A stretch of DNA of 63,703 nt, filler included, from Candidatus Nezhaarchaeota archaeon WYZ-LMO8 (lineage in GTDB: Archaea > Thermoproteota > Methanomethylicia > Nezhaarchaeales > WYZ-LMO8), in NCBI GenBank assembly GCA_004347965.1. It is 3 parts of 3 records of this genome, joined end to end, with 100 filler letters (N's around TTAATTAATTAA, not from the genome) between each part and the next. Parts side by side here need not be neighbours in the genome. Positions count along the whole stretch, not along the records: positions 1 to 29,030 come from QNVF01000017.1; 2 more parts are not named here. One strand, written 5' to 3'. Made by a program: the position numbers and the translations under genes. Under the pieces are notes generated by a model. It made no database searches. It was not told where the DNA came from and worked only from the letters and a program-made list of their open reading frames with translations. Shown here piece after piece: positions 18,376 to 28,484 of this stretch; the stretch's first letter is position 1, and the number at the start of each line of letters is the position of its first letter.

Positions 18376-19260
18376 TTACTTGTTGAAGAAGTTCATCCAC
18401 TTCATTATGGCTTCGTCCAGTTTTGGATACTTCCTTGTTCGAGACTTTCTTACTGGGAAACCACCAATGATATTTACAGCTTTCTCTGCTAAGGCATCAG
18501 CTTCTCCTTCTTCGTAGAGGGTCCATTCCTTATTGTGAACGTAGCTCTCTGGTTTGACCCATGAAGGGCTGAAGTGATGCAGTTGATTTGGCTTCATGCA
18601 TATGCATACTCTATCGTGATCTCTATGAAGGCTTAGGGGGCAAGTGAACATGCGCTGCCTATCAATCTTGTTCTCGACTTTAATGTTGCAGTTATCACTC
18701 AATGCTATCTCTTGGATTTTCAGCTCAACCTTCATCCTCACGTACTCCACTATGGCGTAGGCTAAGTCAAGTGGGCTTCTGCTTCTTAAGGTTCTATTGC
18801 TTAAAGACTTTTCGTGAAGGTGAACATGCGCTCCATCACCACTCCACTTTATGAAAACCGATTTACTAACTCCCTCTTCCCTTAAGGTCTCCGCTATCTC
18901 TATACAGGCCTTAATAGTTGACCTCCAATTCTTAAAGTCGTTGTCTATATCCCATGTAGGCGTGTACGAGACTATATTGCTCAGAGATGCCACGTCGCCT
19001 CTTGAAGTGATTCTACTGTAAATGGCAGCTGTAGCATAGATGGTTCTCAACCCCTTACTTCCTAGCTTCTGTTTTAGTAGAAGAAAATCATAAGGAGAGT
19101 TTATCGTTATGGGTTTACCCTCAATGTACCTGACCATAATCCTGTTTCCTTTACCATCCTTCTCTAAGCAGTGTACTCCAATCCATCTATCTTTAGCGAA
19201 CCTAGCTATCTCTTCACTTACGTCTTGCTTAGAGTAGTGTTCTTCTTCCAGAGAAGCCAT
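18376..19260 (-). CDS. Archaeo-eukaryotic primase (AEP/Prim-Pol) superfamily protein
   Basis: Motif I WDIDND, motif II WSGDGAHVH, motif III KID, then CPLSLH. Confidence 0.78.
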   Translation of the reverse strand: MASLEEEHYSKQDVSEEIARFAKDRWIGVHCLEKDGKGNRIMVRYIEGKPITINSPYDFLLLKQKLGSKGLRTIYATAAIYSRITSRGDVASLSNIVSYTPTWDIDNDFKNWRSTIKACIEIAETLREEGVSKSVFIKWSGDGAHVHLHEKSLSNRTLRSRSPLDLAYAIVEYVRMKVELKIQEIALSDNCNIKVENKIDRQRMFTCPLSLHRDHDRVCICMKPNQLHHFSPSWVKPESYVHNKEWTLYEEGEADALAEKAVNIIGGFPVRKSRTRKYPKLDEAIMKWMNFFNK

Positions 19261-19264
19261 ACTC

Positions 19265-20131
19265 TTACGCGAGACCCATCTCTTTTGCTATCTTCTTTAA
19301 CCTTGCTACCCTCTTCTCAGTTGCTGGATGTGTTGAAAATAGTTCTGCAATAACGTCCCCCCGTATTGGATTTACTATCCATAGAGGGGCAGTTGATGGT
19401 GAGACGTCAGTCAAAGGTCTTCTACGAACGATAGCTTCAATCTTTGAGAGAGCTCTTGCGAGAGAGAGCGGCTTCTTAGTTATGTGAGCAGAGGCCTCAT
19501 CAGCTCTATACTCACCCGCTCTTGATACCGCCAATTGAACCAAGGTGGCTGCTATAGGAGCAAGTATCAATGAGAGTAATAGTAGCAGCGACATTCCTGA
19601 GTTTCGTTCACGAGAACCTCCAAATATTAGGGCCCACCTGCCTAGGAAGGCTAGGTAGCCTATGGCTCCAGCAATGGTGGCTGCTAGCGTCATTATTAAT
19701 GTATCTCGATGCTTTATGTGTGCTATCTCGTGACCTATGACCGCTTCTATCTCATCCTCAGAGAAGTTGTTTAGTAGTCCTTCAGTAACTGCTACTAATG
19801 CTCGTTGCGGGCTTCTACCAGTCGCGAAGGCATTTGGTACATCCTTCTTCACTATAGCAACCTTTGGCTTGGGGATGCCTGCGTTCATAGCAACCCTCTC
19901 AACTATTGTATGAAGTCTAGGAGCCACTGTTGGGCTAACGAGCTTGGCTCCTGTAGCCATCAAGACGAATCTATCTGAGTAGAGGAAGGCGATTACATTA
20001 AATAGAGCTGCTATAACCACGGCAGCTATGGTGTAAGATAGTGGATCCCCCAAGAAGTAGCCGATGACGTAGCCTACTACTGCAAATAAGACAGTTAGAG
20101 CGCTCATTAAGGCGATTATGCGAAGAAGCAT
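19265..20131 (-). CDS. htpX: Membrane zinc metalloprotease HtpX (M48)
   Basis: PNAFATG, HEIAH, EYRADE and FSTHP motifs; transmembrane segments. Confidence 0.95.
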   Translation of the reverse strand: MLLRIIALMSALTVLFAVVGYVIGYFLGDPLSYTIAAVVIAALFNVIAFLYSDRFVLMATGAKLVSPTVAPRLHTIVERVAMNAGIPKPKVAIVKKDVPNAFATGRSPQRALVAVTEGLLNNFSEDEIEAVIGHEIAHIKHRDTLIMTLAATIAGAIGYLAFLGRWALIFGGSRERNSGMSLLLLLSLILAPIAATLVQLAVSRAGEYRADEASAHITKKPLSLARALSKIEAIVRRRPLTDVSPSTAPLWIVNPIRGDVIAELFSTHPATEKRVARLKKIAKEMGLA

Positions 20132-20226
20132 TCTGCCACCGAGAGCCTTTCTTTACTCTTTCAGTAAAATAAACTTATCTCGATCCAAACGTTAATTACT
20201 TTTTGTAGAGTATGGTTTAACTGTGT

Positions 20227-21045
20227 ATGTCTGCAACTCCAATACGTTTTGAAAGAGTTTCAACTGGAGTACCAAAGATAGACGAAATGCTCGCAGGCGG
20301 TATACCTAGAGGGTTTGCCGTAGCAATTACTGGTGAACCTGGTACTGGAAAGACTGTTTTCTGCATTCACTTTATAGCTGAGGGATTAAAGAGGGGAGAA
20401 AAGGGTATTTTCGTAACAACTGAAGAAAGTAGAAACTCCATAGTAATTCAAGCATCTCAGTTCGGCTTCGACTTTGAGAGAGGAGAGAACGAGAAGAGAC
20501 TGATCATAATTGACGCGTTGATGCGTGGAGAGAAGGCTCCATGGACCTTGAGCTCCCTTAACCCAGAGGAGCTCGTTCAAAAGGTTATTGAGGCGAAGAG
20601 GTATCTTGGCTATGGTCCCACCAGGCTAGTCATAGACTCGATGTCCGCTTTCTGGCTTGATGCCCCAGCCATGGCTAGGAGGCACAGCTACTTTATAAAG
20701 AGGGTCTTAAGCCAATGGGACATGACGATACTCATGACTAGTCAGTATGCTGTAACAACATCAGAGGCCTTCGGGTTTGGGGTAGAACATGTTGCTGACG
20801 GCATCATTAGGTTTAGGAGGAACGTAGTTGGTGGTGTTCTGCGGCGTTTCATAATGATAGAGAAGATGAGGTGGACCCCTCACGATAAGAGGATGTACGA
20901 GATCGACATAGTTGATGGTAAGGGACTTGTGGTCCTAGGTCCCACGGCAATTCGTAAAGAGGATGTAGTGCTACCACAGAAAGTTACTGATAAGATAATT
21001 AAAGCTAAGGAGAAGAGTGAGAAGGAAGTAGGTATTCCTAGTTAG
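20227..21045 (+). CDS. Single-domain archaeal KaiC-like/RecA-family ATPase
   Basis: STGV..D.ML.GG.P, GEPGTGKT, IDSMS, EHVADGII and EKMR motifs. Confidence 0.92.
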   Translation: MSATPIRFERVSTGVPKIDEMLAGGIPRGFAVAITGEPGTGKTVFCIHFIAEGLKRGEKGIFVTTEESRNSIVIQASQFGFDFERGENEKRLIIIDALMRGEKAPWTLSSLNPEELVQKVIEAKRYLGYGPTRLVIDSMSAFWLDAPAMARRHSYFIKRVLSQWDMTILMTSQYAVTTSEAFGFGVEHVADGIIRFRRNVVGGVLRRFIMIEKMRWTPHDKRMYEIDIVDGKGLVVLGPTAIRKEDVVLPQKVTDKIIKAKEKSEKEVGIPS

Positions 21046-22112
21046 ATCGGCTTGGCCATCACTTGCTCCCTAAAGCTTGTTGGTAACTCACCGACTACGC
21101 TCAACTTGAAGCCCATGCTCTTCAGTTGTTTTGCTAACCTCTTCAGCTCTCTATAATTGCACTCGAACCTCTTCTTATGATGGTTCACGTAGATGTGCAA
21201 GCTTGGTGCGATAGATCTGAGGATTGCCAAGGATTCTTCAAAGCTCATCTTCTCAGGAGGCTCTATGACACCCTTGACTAATAGAGGGTCTTTAGTTACG
21301 ATTTCATGCGGTAGAGCTATGTTCCTAGCCTTTCTCCTCAACCTATTCCTAAATTGTACTGAGTCCTTAATGTAAGCTGGACAGAAGTGCCCGTTAAGGC
21401 TCAGATCTTCAACGCTCTTCAAAAGGATCATAGCTGTCTCCCAACTTCCCTCAACAGCTGAAATGGAGCCCTCCTTGAGCCTGAAGCCCCTTATCTGAAG
21501 ACTCATGGCGTTCGACTCTGTCATTTCAAGCTCATTTATTACTACAAACGATGCTCCCAATCTCCTAGCTCTCTCGATTGTCTTCAATATCCTGTCCTCG
21601 TATCCTGGTATAGCTGGAACTTCTATCCCCGTCTTAAAGCCCATATCGATTGCCTTTTTAAGTGGGGCTAACTCATCGTCTACCTCTAAGTTTGGGTGGA
21701 AACGTAATTCATCAATTTTAACGTCAAGCAACTTGCTTAGAGAGGTCTCATCGACGTATGGTTGGGTTGTTGTGTATAAGTGAACGTGAAGGTCTTTACC
21801 TATAGCTTTCTTTAAAGCTATTAACGTCTCAACGACCCTATCAACTCTTAAGAGAGGATCCCCACCAGTTACACCTGCTCCTCTAGCTTCTATTGCTCTA
21901 GCTTCACATACTACGTCATCTATATTGCTCACTGGCACTTCATCTGCATAAGTGACGTCACTTCCCTTCCTATTCTTTGATAACGGGCAGTAGAAGCATG
22001 ATCTGCCACATAGACCAGTCGCAAAATAGACGAGCTTCATGCCCTTCATGCATAGCCTACATCCCTTCAGCAACTTCCCTACGTAGTAAGAGAGGTAATT
22101 GGTAACTTTCAA
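21042..22112 (-). CDS. Uncharacterised archaeal radical SAM protein
   Basis: CGRSCFYC, TGGDP and DELRFHP motifs. Confidence 0.88.
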   Translation of the reverse strand: MKVTNYLSYYVGKLLKGCRLCMKGMKLVYFATGLCGRSCFYCPLSKNRKGSDVTYADEVPVSNIDDVVCEARAIEARGAGVTGGDPLLRVDRVVETLIALKKAIGKDLHVHLYTTTQPYVDETSLSKLLDVKIDELRFHPNLEVDDELAPLKKAIDMGFKTGIEVPAIPGYEDRILKTIERARRLGASFVVINELEMTESNAMSLQIRGFRLKEGSISAVEGSWETAMILLKSVEDLSLNGHFCPAYIKDSVQFRNRLRRKARNIALPHEIVTKDPLLVKGVIEPPEKMSFEESLAILRSIAPSLHIYVNHHKKRFECNYRELKRLAKQLKSMGFKLSVVGELPTSFREQVMAKPI

Positions 22113-23035
22113 GTCATGACACCTAGTGCTTCAAGTAGCTCACAAGCTCTACATATGCTTCTAGATGTTGGCTCACCGCAGTACTTGCACGTATCAACAT
22201 GGACTTTGAAGCTCGTGTTCATAGTTGATAGCTTATCTGCAGCTCTCACTATAGCGTACTTTGTACCTGGATGTTTCTTCTCGATTTCATTTAAGATGAA
22301 GCGAATTTCATCTCTCATAGAGGTCCTAACATATGGGCACTCTACTTCATATAGTGGATAGCCCTTAAAGTAAGCGTAGAGCGTTATCTCCTTCTCAGGT
22401 ATGTATCGGAGAGGCTTTACTCTCGGTACGAAGCCTGGAAGCTCCTCTACTGGCTTCGGTCCTAAGCGCAATAGTCTCAACACGTCACCTCTCAGCAAGT
22501 TCATTAACACTGTTTGGGCTTCATCATCCAGGTTATGCCCAGTAGCTACCTTAGTAGCGTTAAGCTCTTTAGCCTTGATGTTCATAGCTCTCCTCCTTAA
22601 TATTCCACAAAACGTACAGGCTCCAAGCATCACCTCTTTCTTCTCAGCTATGGATGTTATCTCTGGTAGGGAATAGCCGAAGAGCTCCTTAAACGACGTC
22701 ACGGTAAGTGGTATGCCAAGCTCCTTGCATAGCTCCTTACTTCTCTTCAACCCAAAGTCTCTGTACCCTGGGACGCCTTCATCAATCAGCAAAGCCATTA
22801 GGGTCACGTTAGGGAACTTCTTTTCTATCTTTGATAGAATGGTTGCCAGAACTTGGCTGTCCTTACCACCGGATATTGCTATTAATATGCGATCTTTGGT
22901 ATCAAAGAGTTTGTGCTTGTTTATAGCTGTCTTGACTCGATGGTCCACGTTCTTCAGGAAGCATTTAACGCAGAAGTTATGTCCCGAGTAGAGCGAGTGG
23001 TAAACTGCCTTTGTACCACATCTAGTGCACCGCAT
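22109..23035 (-). CDS. tRNA 2-thiolation protein, NcsA/Ctu1/TtuA family
   Basis: SGGKDS PP-loop, CTFCG, TGHNLDDEAQT, CPY and zinc fingers at both ends. Confidence 0.92.
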   Translation of the reverse strand: MRCTRCGTKAVYHSLYSGHNFCVKCFLKNVDHRVKTAINKHKLFDTKDRILIAISGGKDSQVLATILSKIEKKFPNVTLMALLIDEGVPGYRDFGLKRSKELCKELGIPLTVTSFKELFGYSLPEITSIAEKKEVMLGACTFCGILRRRAMNIKAKELNATKVATGHNLDDEAQTVLMNLLRGDVLRLLRLGPKPVEELPGFVPRVKPLRYIPEKEITLYAYFKGYPLYEVECPYVRTSMRDEIRFILNEIEKKHPGTKYAIVRAADKLSTMNTSFKVHVDTCKYCGEPTSRSICRACELLEALGVMT

Positions 23036-23045
23036 AGTCTATCCC

Positions 23046-24191
23046 TTAAGGTATGGGTAGCCATATGTTGGCAATGAGTAGAAAGAGTGAGAAAGCGCCT
23101 AAGAAGTTCATTATCGCGTTGCTCACCTTTCTGTCCTCCAATAAGTTCTCCAAAAGAGATCTCAGAAAGCCTGAGCCGTCTAGTAAGGGTATTGGGAGCA
23201 TGTTAATGAGCGCCACGCTCAATGATACGATCTTAAGCCAGTCAAGCGTGAATACCCAATGCAAGTATGCTTCTCCACGTAACCAAGGTATCGTTGGAGG
23301 ATGATAATCGAAGGGGAGAATCCTAACTCCAAGATACGATCTTGAGGTATTGCCTGGATAAGGAGCAGTCGTAAGGTGAAACCTCATAACTTCACGATTC
23401 CTTAAGACCACAATTTCTATGCTTTCCCCGGGCTTTATTGACCCTAGTACCTCCTCCAAGCTTTTTAAACCATGCACTTCACATCCATTAATGGATAGTA
23501 TCACATCCCAGCTCTTCAATACTCCATGCGCTGGAGCGTCTTCAAATGTGTCGAGAACTAAAACTCCGTGAGGGATTGGAGATATTGTTGCTACTGTAAG
23601 CAACATCCCTATGAGGAAGACTAGAAAGTTTGAGAATGAGCCTGAAGCATATACTCTCATCCTTGATAACGGCTTGCTACTCTTGAATGCCTCCTCGTCG
23701 GCTTCAACAAAGCCACCAGGAAGAATTGCTGCAAAGAAGACGCCAAAGCTTTTAGTAGGCACCTTCTCGCTGCCAAACGTTATTGCGTGAAAAATTTCGT
23801 GAACAACTATGGTTATCGATGCTGCTAATATGAAGTATGGAACCACGTCCCATCCTATCGTAATACCCGGCACAATAGGGTAGAGACCTGCTTGCGAAGT
23901 CTTAATTCTATTAATTAAACTGGTGATCAGAGAATAGAAAGCGAAAACCATGAGACCACCGGAAACAAGTATACTTAAGTTTGAGATGTATCTCCAACCT
24001 CTCGACTTGGAAGAACCTATAGCTTCAAGTTTCTTAGCTAAACTCTTCGACCTTGCTATCAATAGAAATGGTTTAAGAGAGAAGCCGTACTTCTTTAGAT
24101 TAAAGACCTTGTAGATGATTGCTATGAAGGACCATAGACTTAAGAAGGTTGCAACCCACAGCACTATTTGCTCCAAAGACTCACGCTCCAA
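23046..24191 (-). CDS. Site-2 protease (M50) with PDZ domain
   Basis: HEIFH, GGFVE and NMLPIPLLDG motifs; PDZ insert. Confidence 0.92.
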   Translation of the reverse strand: MERESLEQIVLWVATFLSLWSFIAIIYKVFNLKKYGFSLKPFLLIARSKSLAKKLEAIGSSKSRGWRYISNLSILVSGGLMVFAFYSLITSLINRIKTSQAGLYPIVPGITIGWDVVPYFILAASITIVVHEIFHAITFGSEKVPTKSFGVFFAAILPGGFVEADEEAFKSSKPLSRMRVYASGSFSNFLVFLIGMLLTVATISPIPHGVLVLDTFEDAPAHGVLKSWDVILSINGCEVHGLKSLEEVLGSIKPGESIEIVVLRNREVMRFHLTTAPYPGNTSRSYLGVRILPFDYHPPTIPWLRGEAYLHWVFTLDWLKIVSLSVALINMLPIPLLDGSGFLRSLLENLLEDRKVSNAIMNFLGAFSLFLLIANIWLPIP

Positions 24192-24256
24192 TCCTTAGAA
24201 CGGGGTTTCCCCCTTAAAACCTGTCCTGAACAAAATATTTGTTAAGAACAAGTTAA

Positions 24257-24577
24257 GGGCACGGCGGCCCCCGACAGTGGGCCCAAACCATCTGAACCCC
24301 GTCCAGCCCCTTTCTCGACCCCGTTAACCCATGAACGACGCTGCCCGGCCTTAAGGCCGCTCCCTCCCGGGCCTAACCTGGTTCGGCCGGTGAGGGGTTC
24401 ACATCCCCCCTACGGGGGAGCTGCCCCCTACAGCGTCTCCATGGGGCGAAGTCTCATGGTTCAGAGCTGGAGGGACATCAGATGGTTGTAGGCCGCTTGT
24501 CGGGTTGCTGCCCCCGCCATATCGGCCGTTTGCGGTTACAGGGGAGGCCGAGCCCCCCGGGCCTGCCCGCCGTGCCC
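24257..24577 (-). ncRNA. ffs: Archaeal signal recognition particle (7S) RNA
   Basis: Terminal helix GGGCACGGCG/CGCCGUGCCC; Alu-like GGGGGGCUCGGCCUCCCCUGUAACCGCAAACGGCCGAUAUG; helix 8 AGGCCC-GGGA-GGGAGC; about 320 nt, GC-rich. Confidence 0.95.
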
Positions 24578-24625
24578 GAGTAATAAATTGTGATTCGATC
24601 TATTAAGCTTTAATTGATGTAAGCA

Positions 24626-25309
24626 TTAAATCAGCTGAACTTCAACAGAGACTTTATCTCCATTCCTTATCTTTAATGCTTGGCGAAGGTTAATTGGAGC
24701 TATAACCTCAATAGTATCGTGTCCATAGTGAGTCCTCTCTATGAGGAGAACAGCTGCATCAATACCTTCAATCTTGGCTTTGAAAGCTTTAACTGATCCG
24801 TAAGTCCTCCTTCCGTTACTAAAGCCCTTAATCAGTATGCCCGGTCTATGGCTCAACAACTCCCTAAAGTACAAGTCCGGAGGATCTGTTAGCCTTAGGT
24901 TTAGTGTGCCGGGATAGGGATCAAAGCCCAATTTCTCTATTATTTGAGATCTATAACCTTCAAGACTTACGTAGTAAGCTCCTTCGCCAAGCCCTGTAAA
25001 GACCTCTCCGGTTAAAATTATACTTTTTAGGGCGTTACTTAATGAGTTGTGCAAAATTGCATAGACAGCCATGAGTTGCTGAGCCCCCTTTTCCGTCATC
25101 ACTATGGTTTGGCCTCGCCTACCAACACTTCTCTTAATGTAACCTCTAGCTTCAAGTTCTAGTATTCTTCGTGATGCTGTCTGTTGAGAGAGACCCAGTT
25201 CTTTAGCTAAGTTTGAGGTGCTCACGTGAATCCCTTTCCTTAAGGTCCCTAGCCTAGCTAAGTGTAGTAAAGTAAACCAGAGTTCTGGATCTATATCGGC
25301 CAGCTTGAT
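24626..25309 (-). CDS. ribK: CTP-dependent riboflavin kinase with N-terminal wHTH (RbkR-like); start uncertain
   Basis: LAKELGLSQQTASR HTH; TGLGEGAYY, PYPGTLN and ERTHY..IEVIAP..LR motifs. Confidence 0.92.
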   Translation of the reverse strand: MKLADIDPELWFTLLHLARLGTLRKGIHVSTSNLAKELGLSQQTASRRILELEARGYIKRSVGRRGQTIVMTEKGAQQLMAVYAILHNSLSNALKSIILTGEVFTGLGEGAYYVSLEGYRSQIIEKLGFDPYPGTLNLRLTDPPDLYFRELLSHRPGILIKGFSNGRRTYGSVKAFKAKIEGIDAAVLLIERTHYGHDTIEVIAPINLRQALKIRNGDKVSVEVQLI

Positions 25310-25319
25310 AGTCCAGTAG

Positions 25320-26021
25320 TTATTTGATGCTTCGTTTTGAGGGGTCAATCTTCGCAGCCTCCTTAGTTGCCCCCTTGTGAGATGAATGAAGTGGTATGGG
25401 AAGCTTAACTCCACTTCTAATGCAAGACTTCGTTAGCTCTAAAGCTGTCTTGAGACCAACTCTATGTCCTACACTAATGCAGATAGGTCTAAAGCGCTTA
25501 CTACTCCTGTAAAGGTAGCCTATGATCTCTACGCTACCTTCAACTTCATCGATGAGCTCTACGTAGCCCACTTCGGTTAGAGGGCTAGTAGCTCTACCAC
25601 ACAACACCTTTTGTGCAACACCTATCGTTGGGATATCAGCTACAACTCCTAGATGAGAAGCTAGACCCAGTCTTCTCGGATGGGCTATTCCTTGTCCATT
25701 GACGAAAAGTATCGTCGGCTTAATTGATAGCTTTGATAGTGCAGCCATTAACGGCTTAATTTCTCTAAAGGATAAGAAGGTCGGGATGTAGGGGAAGGAG
25801 GATTCAACGATTGATATGCTTCTCTCCAGTAAGCGTAATGATGGATATTCGTGCACAGTTATGCAACCAACTGCTATGTCCCCCTTCCAAGCAACATCAG
25901 CTCCTCCGACAAGTTTTATGGGTCTTTCAAAGTCGTCGTAAGTCTTCACCTTGAGGGCTAGGAGTCTTTGAGCTCGTTCAGCTAACTCAAATGAGAAGTT
26001 AATCGGTAGTTCATAAGCCAT
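25320..26021 (-). CDS. nfi: Endonuclease V
   Basis: GADVAW, FPYIPTFLSFRE, GQGIAHPRRLGLASH and SVGH motifs. Confidence 0.94.
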   Translation of the reverse strand: MAYELPINFSFELAERAQRLLALKVKTYDDFERPIKLVGGADVAWKGDIAVGCITVHEYPSLRLLERSISIVESSFPYIPTFLSFREIKPLMAALSKLSIKPTILFVNGQGIAHPRRLGLASHLGVVADIPTIGVAQKVLCGRATSPLTEVGYVELIDEVEGSVEIIGYLYRSSKRFRPICISVGHRVGLKTALELTKSCIRSGVKLPIPLHSSHKGATKEAAKIDPSKRSIK

Positions 26022-26032
26022 GAGGAGCCACT

Positions 26033-27631
26033 CTAAGAGAGCTTAGCTCTCACAGCTAAAAACGTTGGCCCCCTAACATCGATTGTTTTCCTATTTTCAG
26101 TTATAAATGCTCTAGCTACATCGCCTATCTCTATGTTTATGTCGCTAGGTAGCTTCACAAGCCCTACCCTAACATCAACCTCAGTCACACCACTTAGACA
26201 AGCTGCCTCTATCATCGATGCTGCCAAAGCTGCAAAGGCATCTACATATCTTATCCCAGTACTGTAGCCTTTTAGCCTGGCTTCCTCAATTAACGAGCTA
26301 CTTAATGACCTTGATTGAGGAGGAATACCGAGAATGTTGCCATTGTAGACCACTATTTCATTGAAGGCAGCTGGACCTGCCAGCTTAACTCCAGGATCCT
26401 TCTCGTAGACGTAGACCTTAATATATCTCCCTAGAAAATCACCTTCATAAACATTGAACTCGCAAGGACTCAATGCATCAGCATGTCGTTCTATTGCTTT
26501 AATAATTAGTTCAGCTAATTGCCATCCAGCTTGAGTTGTTGGCTTTAGATGTATGGATATCTGCTTGGCTATCTCGTAGTCGCTTAGAGACCACTTACCG
26601 TAAAACTGGGGGTAAACAAGCTCCCTAACGTCTTTGTAGCCGTAGAGTATCATTGCTATCCTTTCGATCCCTAATCCTACGTTTAGAACTGGGTACTCTA
26701 TACCATAATTTGCTAGAGCAACTGGACTATAAATCCCGTAATTAGCCACTTCTATCCAATCATTGTGGAACTTTACGTAGACTTCGTGCTCCGTTTCAGG
26801 TGCATAATATTTTGCAGTAATCTGCTTCTTTACGCTCTTAAACTCTCTAAGACCCAGGCTTTCGAGGATTGTTTGAGTTATATCCATTCCATCCTCTGCT
26901 ACAACGTCTTCATCGACTACAACACATGAAGCTGCTCTGTGAACCCTAAGGTGGGATTCATCCTCTTGCTGCTCCCTTCGAACCCTAACATCAACTGAGA
27001 AGAGCTTAATCGGCTTAGGCCTCTTGTGCTGTAAAGCTGATACTGTAAGGAACCAGGCAGTTGTCATGTGCGACCTCAACGTGAGCTTAGTTGGTTCAGG
27101 CTTAAGCTCCTTAAACTCTGGAAAGACCTCCCACAATACTTTGGTAGCTATAGTATCCTCAACATTTAGTGCTTTACTTAATTCCTCTACTAAGTCATCG
27201 CTCGCTACGTGGCCCTTCTTGTAGCTGTGAAGCAAGTTTTGAAGCTTTTGGATTTTGTCTGAAGTTAAGTCAGCGACGTAATTTCTTAGCTTATCCATCT
27301 TCTCCTTACTCAACCCAATGTCCGGTCTAGGGAGAACAGCTAGATAATAGCACCTGTCAAGTATCGCTACTGCTTCAGGTCCATATTGCTTCTTCACCTC
27401 TTCGTCTTCAACTATGAGGGGGTTCACCACCTCCTCAAAGCCTAAGTTCAAGAAGATTTGCCTTAATTTTTGGCATGTCTCGTACACTGGATGAGGCCTA
27501 CCAATCCCGTAACTCAGGATATCCTTAGGCTTTAAACGCTTGCCCTGCACTAACTTCCCATAGGTTCTCCAAGCTTCTTCAAAGTTCTCCTTGGATTTTG
27601 TTAAGATCTCTCTTACGGGCAGTTTAACCAT
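26033..27631 (-). CDS. sepS: O-phosphoseryl-tRNA(Cys) synthetase
   Basis: QYGPEA.AILDRCYYLA.LPRP, TLRSHMT.AWF, FSVD..RREQ.ED, KYY and NVGLGIER motifs. Confidence 0.96.
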   Translation of the reverse strand: MVKLPVREILTKSKENFEEAWRTYGKLVQGKRLKPKDILSYGIGRPHPVYETCQKLRQIFLNLGFEEVVNPLIVEDEEVKKQYGPEAVAILDRCYYLAVLPRPDIGLSKEKMDKLRNYVADLTSDKIQKLQNLLHSYKKGHVASDDLVEELSKALNVEDTIATKVLWEVFPEFKELKPEPTKLTLRSHMTTAWFLTVSALQHKRPKPIKLFSVDVRVRREQQEDESHLRVHRAASCVVVDEDVVAEDGMDITQTILESLGLREFKSVKKQITAKYYAPETEHEVYVKFHNDWIEVANYGIYSPVALANYGIEYPVLNVGLGIERIAMILYGYKDVRELVYPQFYGKWSLSDYEIAKQISIHLKPTTQAGWQLAELIIKAIERHADALSPCEFNVYEGDFLGRYIKVYVYEKDPGVKLAGPAAFNEIVVYNGNILGIPPQSRSLSSSLIEEARLKGYSTGIRYVDAFAALAASMIEAACLSGVTEVDVRVGLVKLPSDINIEIGDVARAFITENRKTIDVRGPTFLAVRAKLS

Positions 27632-27844
27632 ACATCCCCACTTACCTTTGATCTAAGCATTAGTCTTAAGTTATCGTATCATTAGTGAATGATGCAGCAA
27701 ATAAATATTGCTTTGATGCTCTAAGAATCATTTTTCACATATCATGTTTCTAATAATTAACAGCTATACGAAATGAGAAAATCGTAGAAGAACCTCTACA
27801 GTAAGGGTCTCTACGCATCAAAATGAATACCTTAAAGGGTGTTA

Positions 27845-27918
27845 CGGGCCCGGCGGGATTTGAACCCGCGACCACTCGGTTAAGAGCCGAGCGCTCTACC
27901 GTGCTAAGCTACGGGCCC
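27845..27918 (-). tRNA. tRNA-Lys(CTT), no intron
   Basis: Cloverleaf GGGCCCG...CTCGG-CT-CTT-AA-CCGAG...GTTCAAATC...CGGGCCC-G. Confidence 0.96.
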
Positions 27919-28045
27919 ATGCTTAGGCTTTCTACTCCTCTTTAAAAAGGTTTATTCTTGATAACGTTAAAGAAGAGGTTGAAGATTGTAGGAAAGAGAG
28001 GTTAATCGAATCTTCATGCTTTCCTTGGGGTTTAAGAGGTCGACA

Positions 28046-28474
28046 TTATTGCTTAATCCTAACAGGCTTGAACTTTATGCCGTACCTTATCACTCCCTCA
28101 TCTTCGTATATCTTCCTTAAAGTTGCCTCAACTTCCATACCTATTCTAACCTCCTCGGGCTTACACTCAGTCAATTGAGTCATTATCCTCGGTCCTTCAT
28201 CTAGTTCGACTATGGCTATGGGATATTGACCAACAGCTCTCTCGAAATTAACGAATTCAGGTGGGGAACCTCCAGCAGCTATTATGCTGTAGGAATACAC
28301 CTTGCCTCTCCAGCTTAGCTTCACTTCTTCATAATCAGCTTTTGAACCACAATTTTTGCAAGCACTACGATATGGAAAGTTAATTGTACTACACTTCTTG
28401 CATCTATAGCCTATTAAACGGTACTTCTCTGGTATCCTCCCCCAATACATGGGTACTGGAATGTAGGCCAACAA
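28046..28474 (-). CDS. DUF35-family Zn-ribbon/OB-fold protein (thiolase/HMG-CoA synthase partner)
   Basis: CKKC...FP.R..CKNC, G.VYSY and IGMEVEATLRK...YG.KF motifs. Confidence 0.92.
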   Translation of the reverse strand: MLAYIPVPMYWGRIPEKYRLIGYRCKKCSTINFPYRSACKNCGSKADYEEVKLSWRGKVYSYSIIAAGGSPPEFVNFERAVGQYPIAIVELDEGPRIMTQLTECKPEEVRIGMEVEATLRKIYEDEGVIRYGIKFKPVRIKQ

Positions 28475-28484
28475 CCTTCACCTC

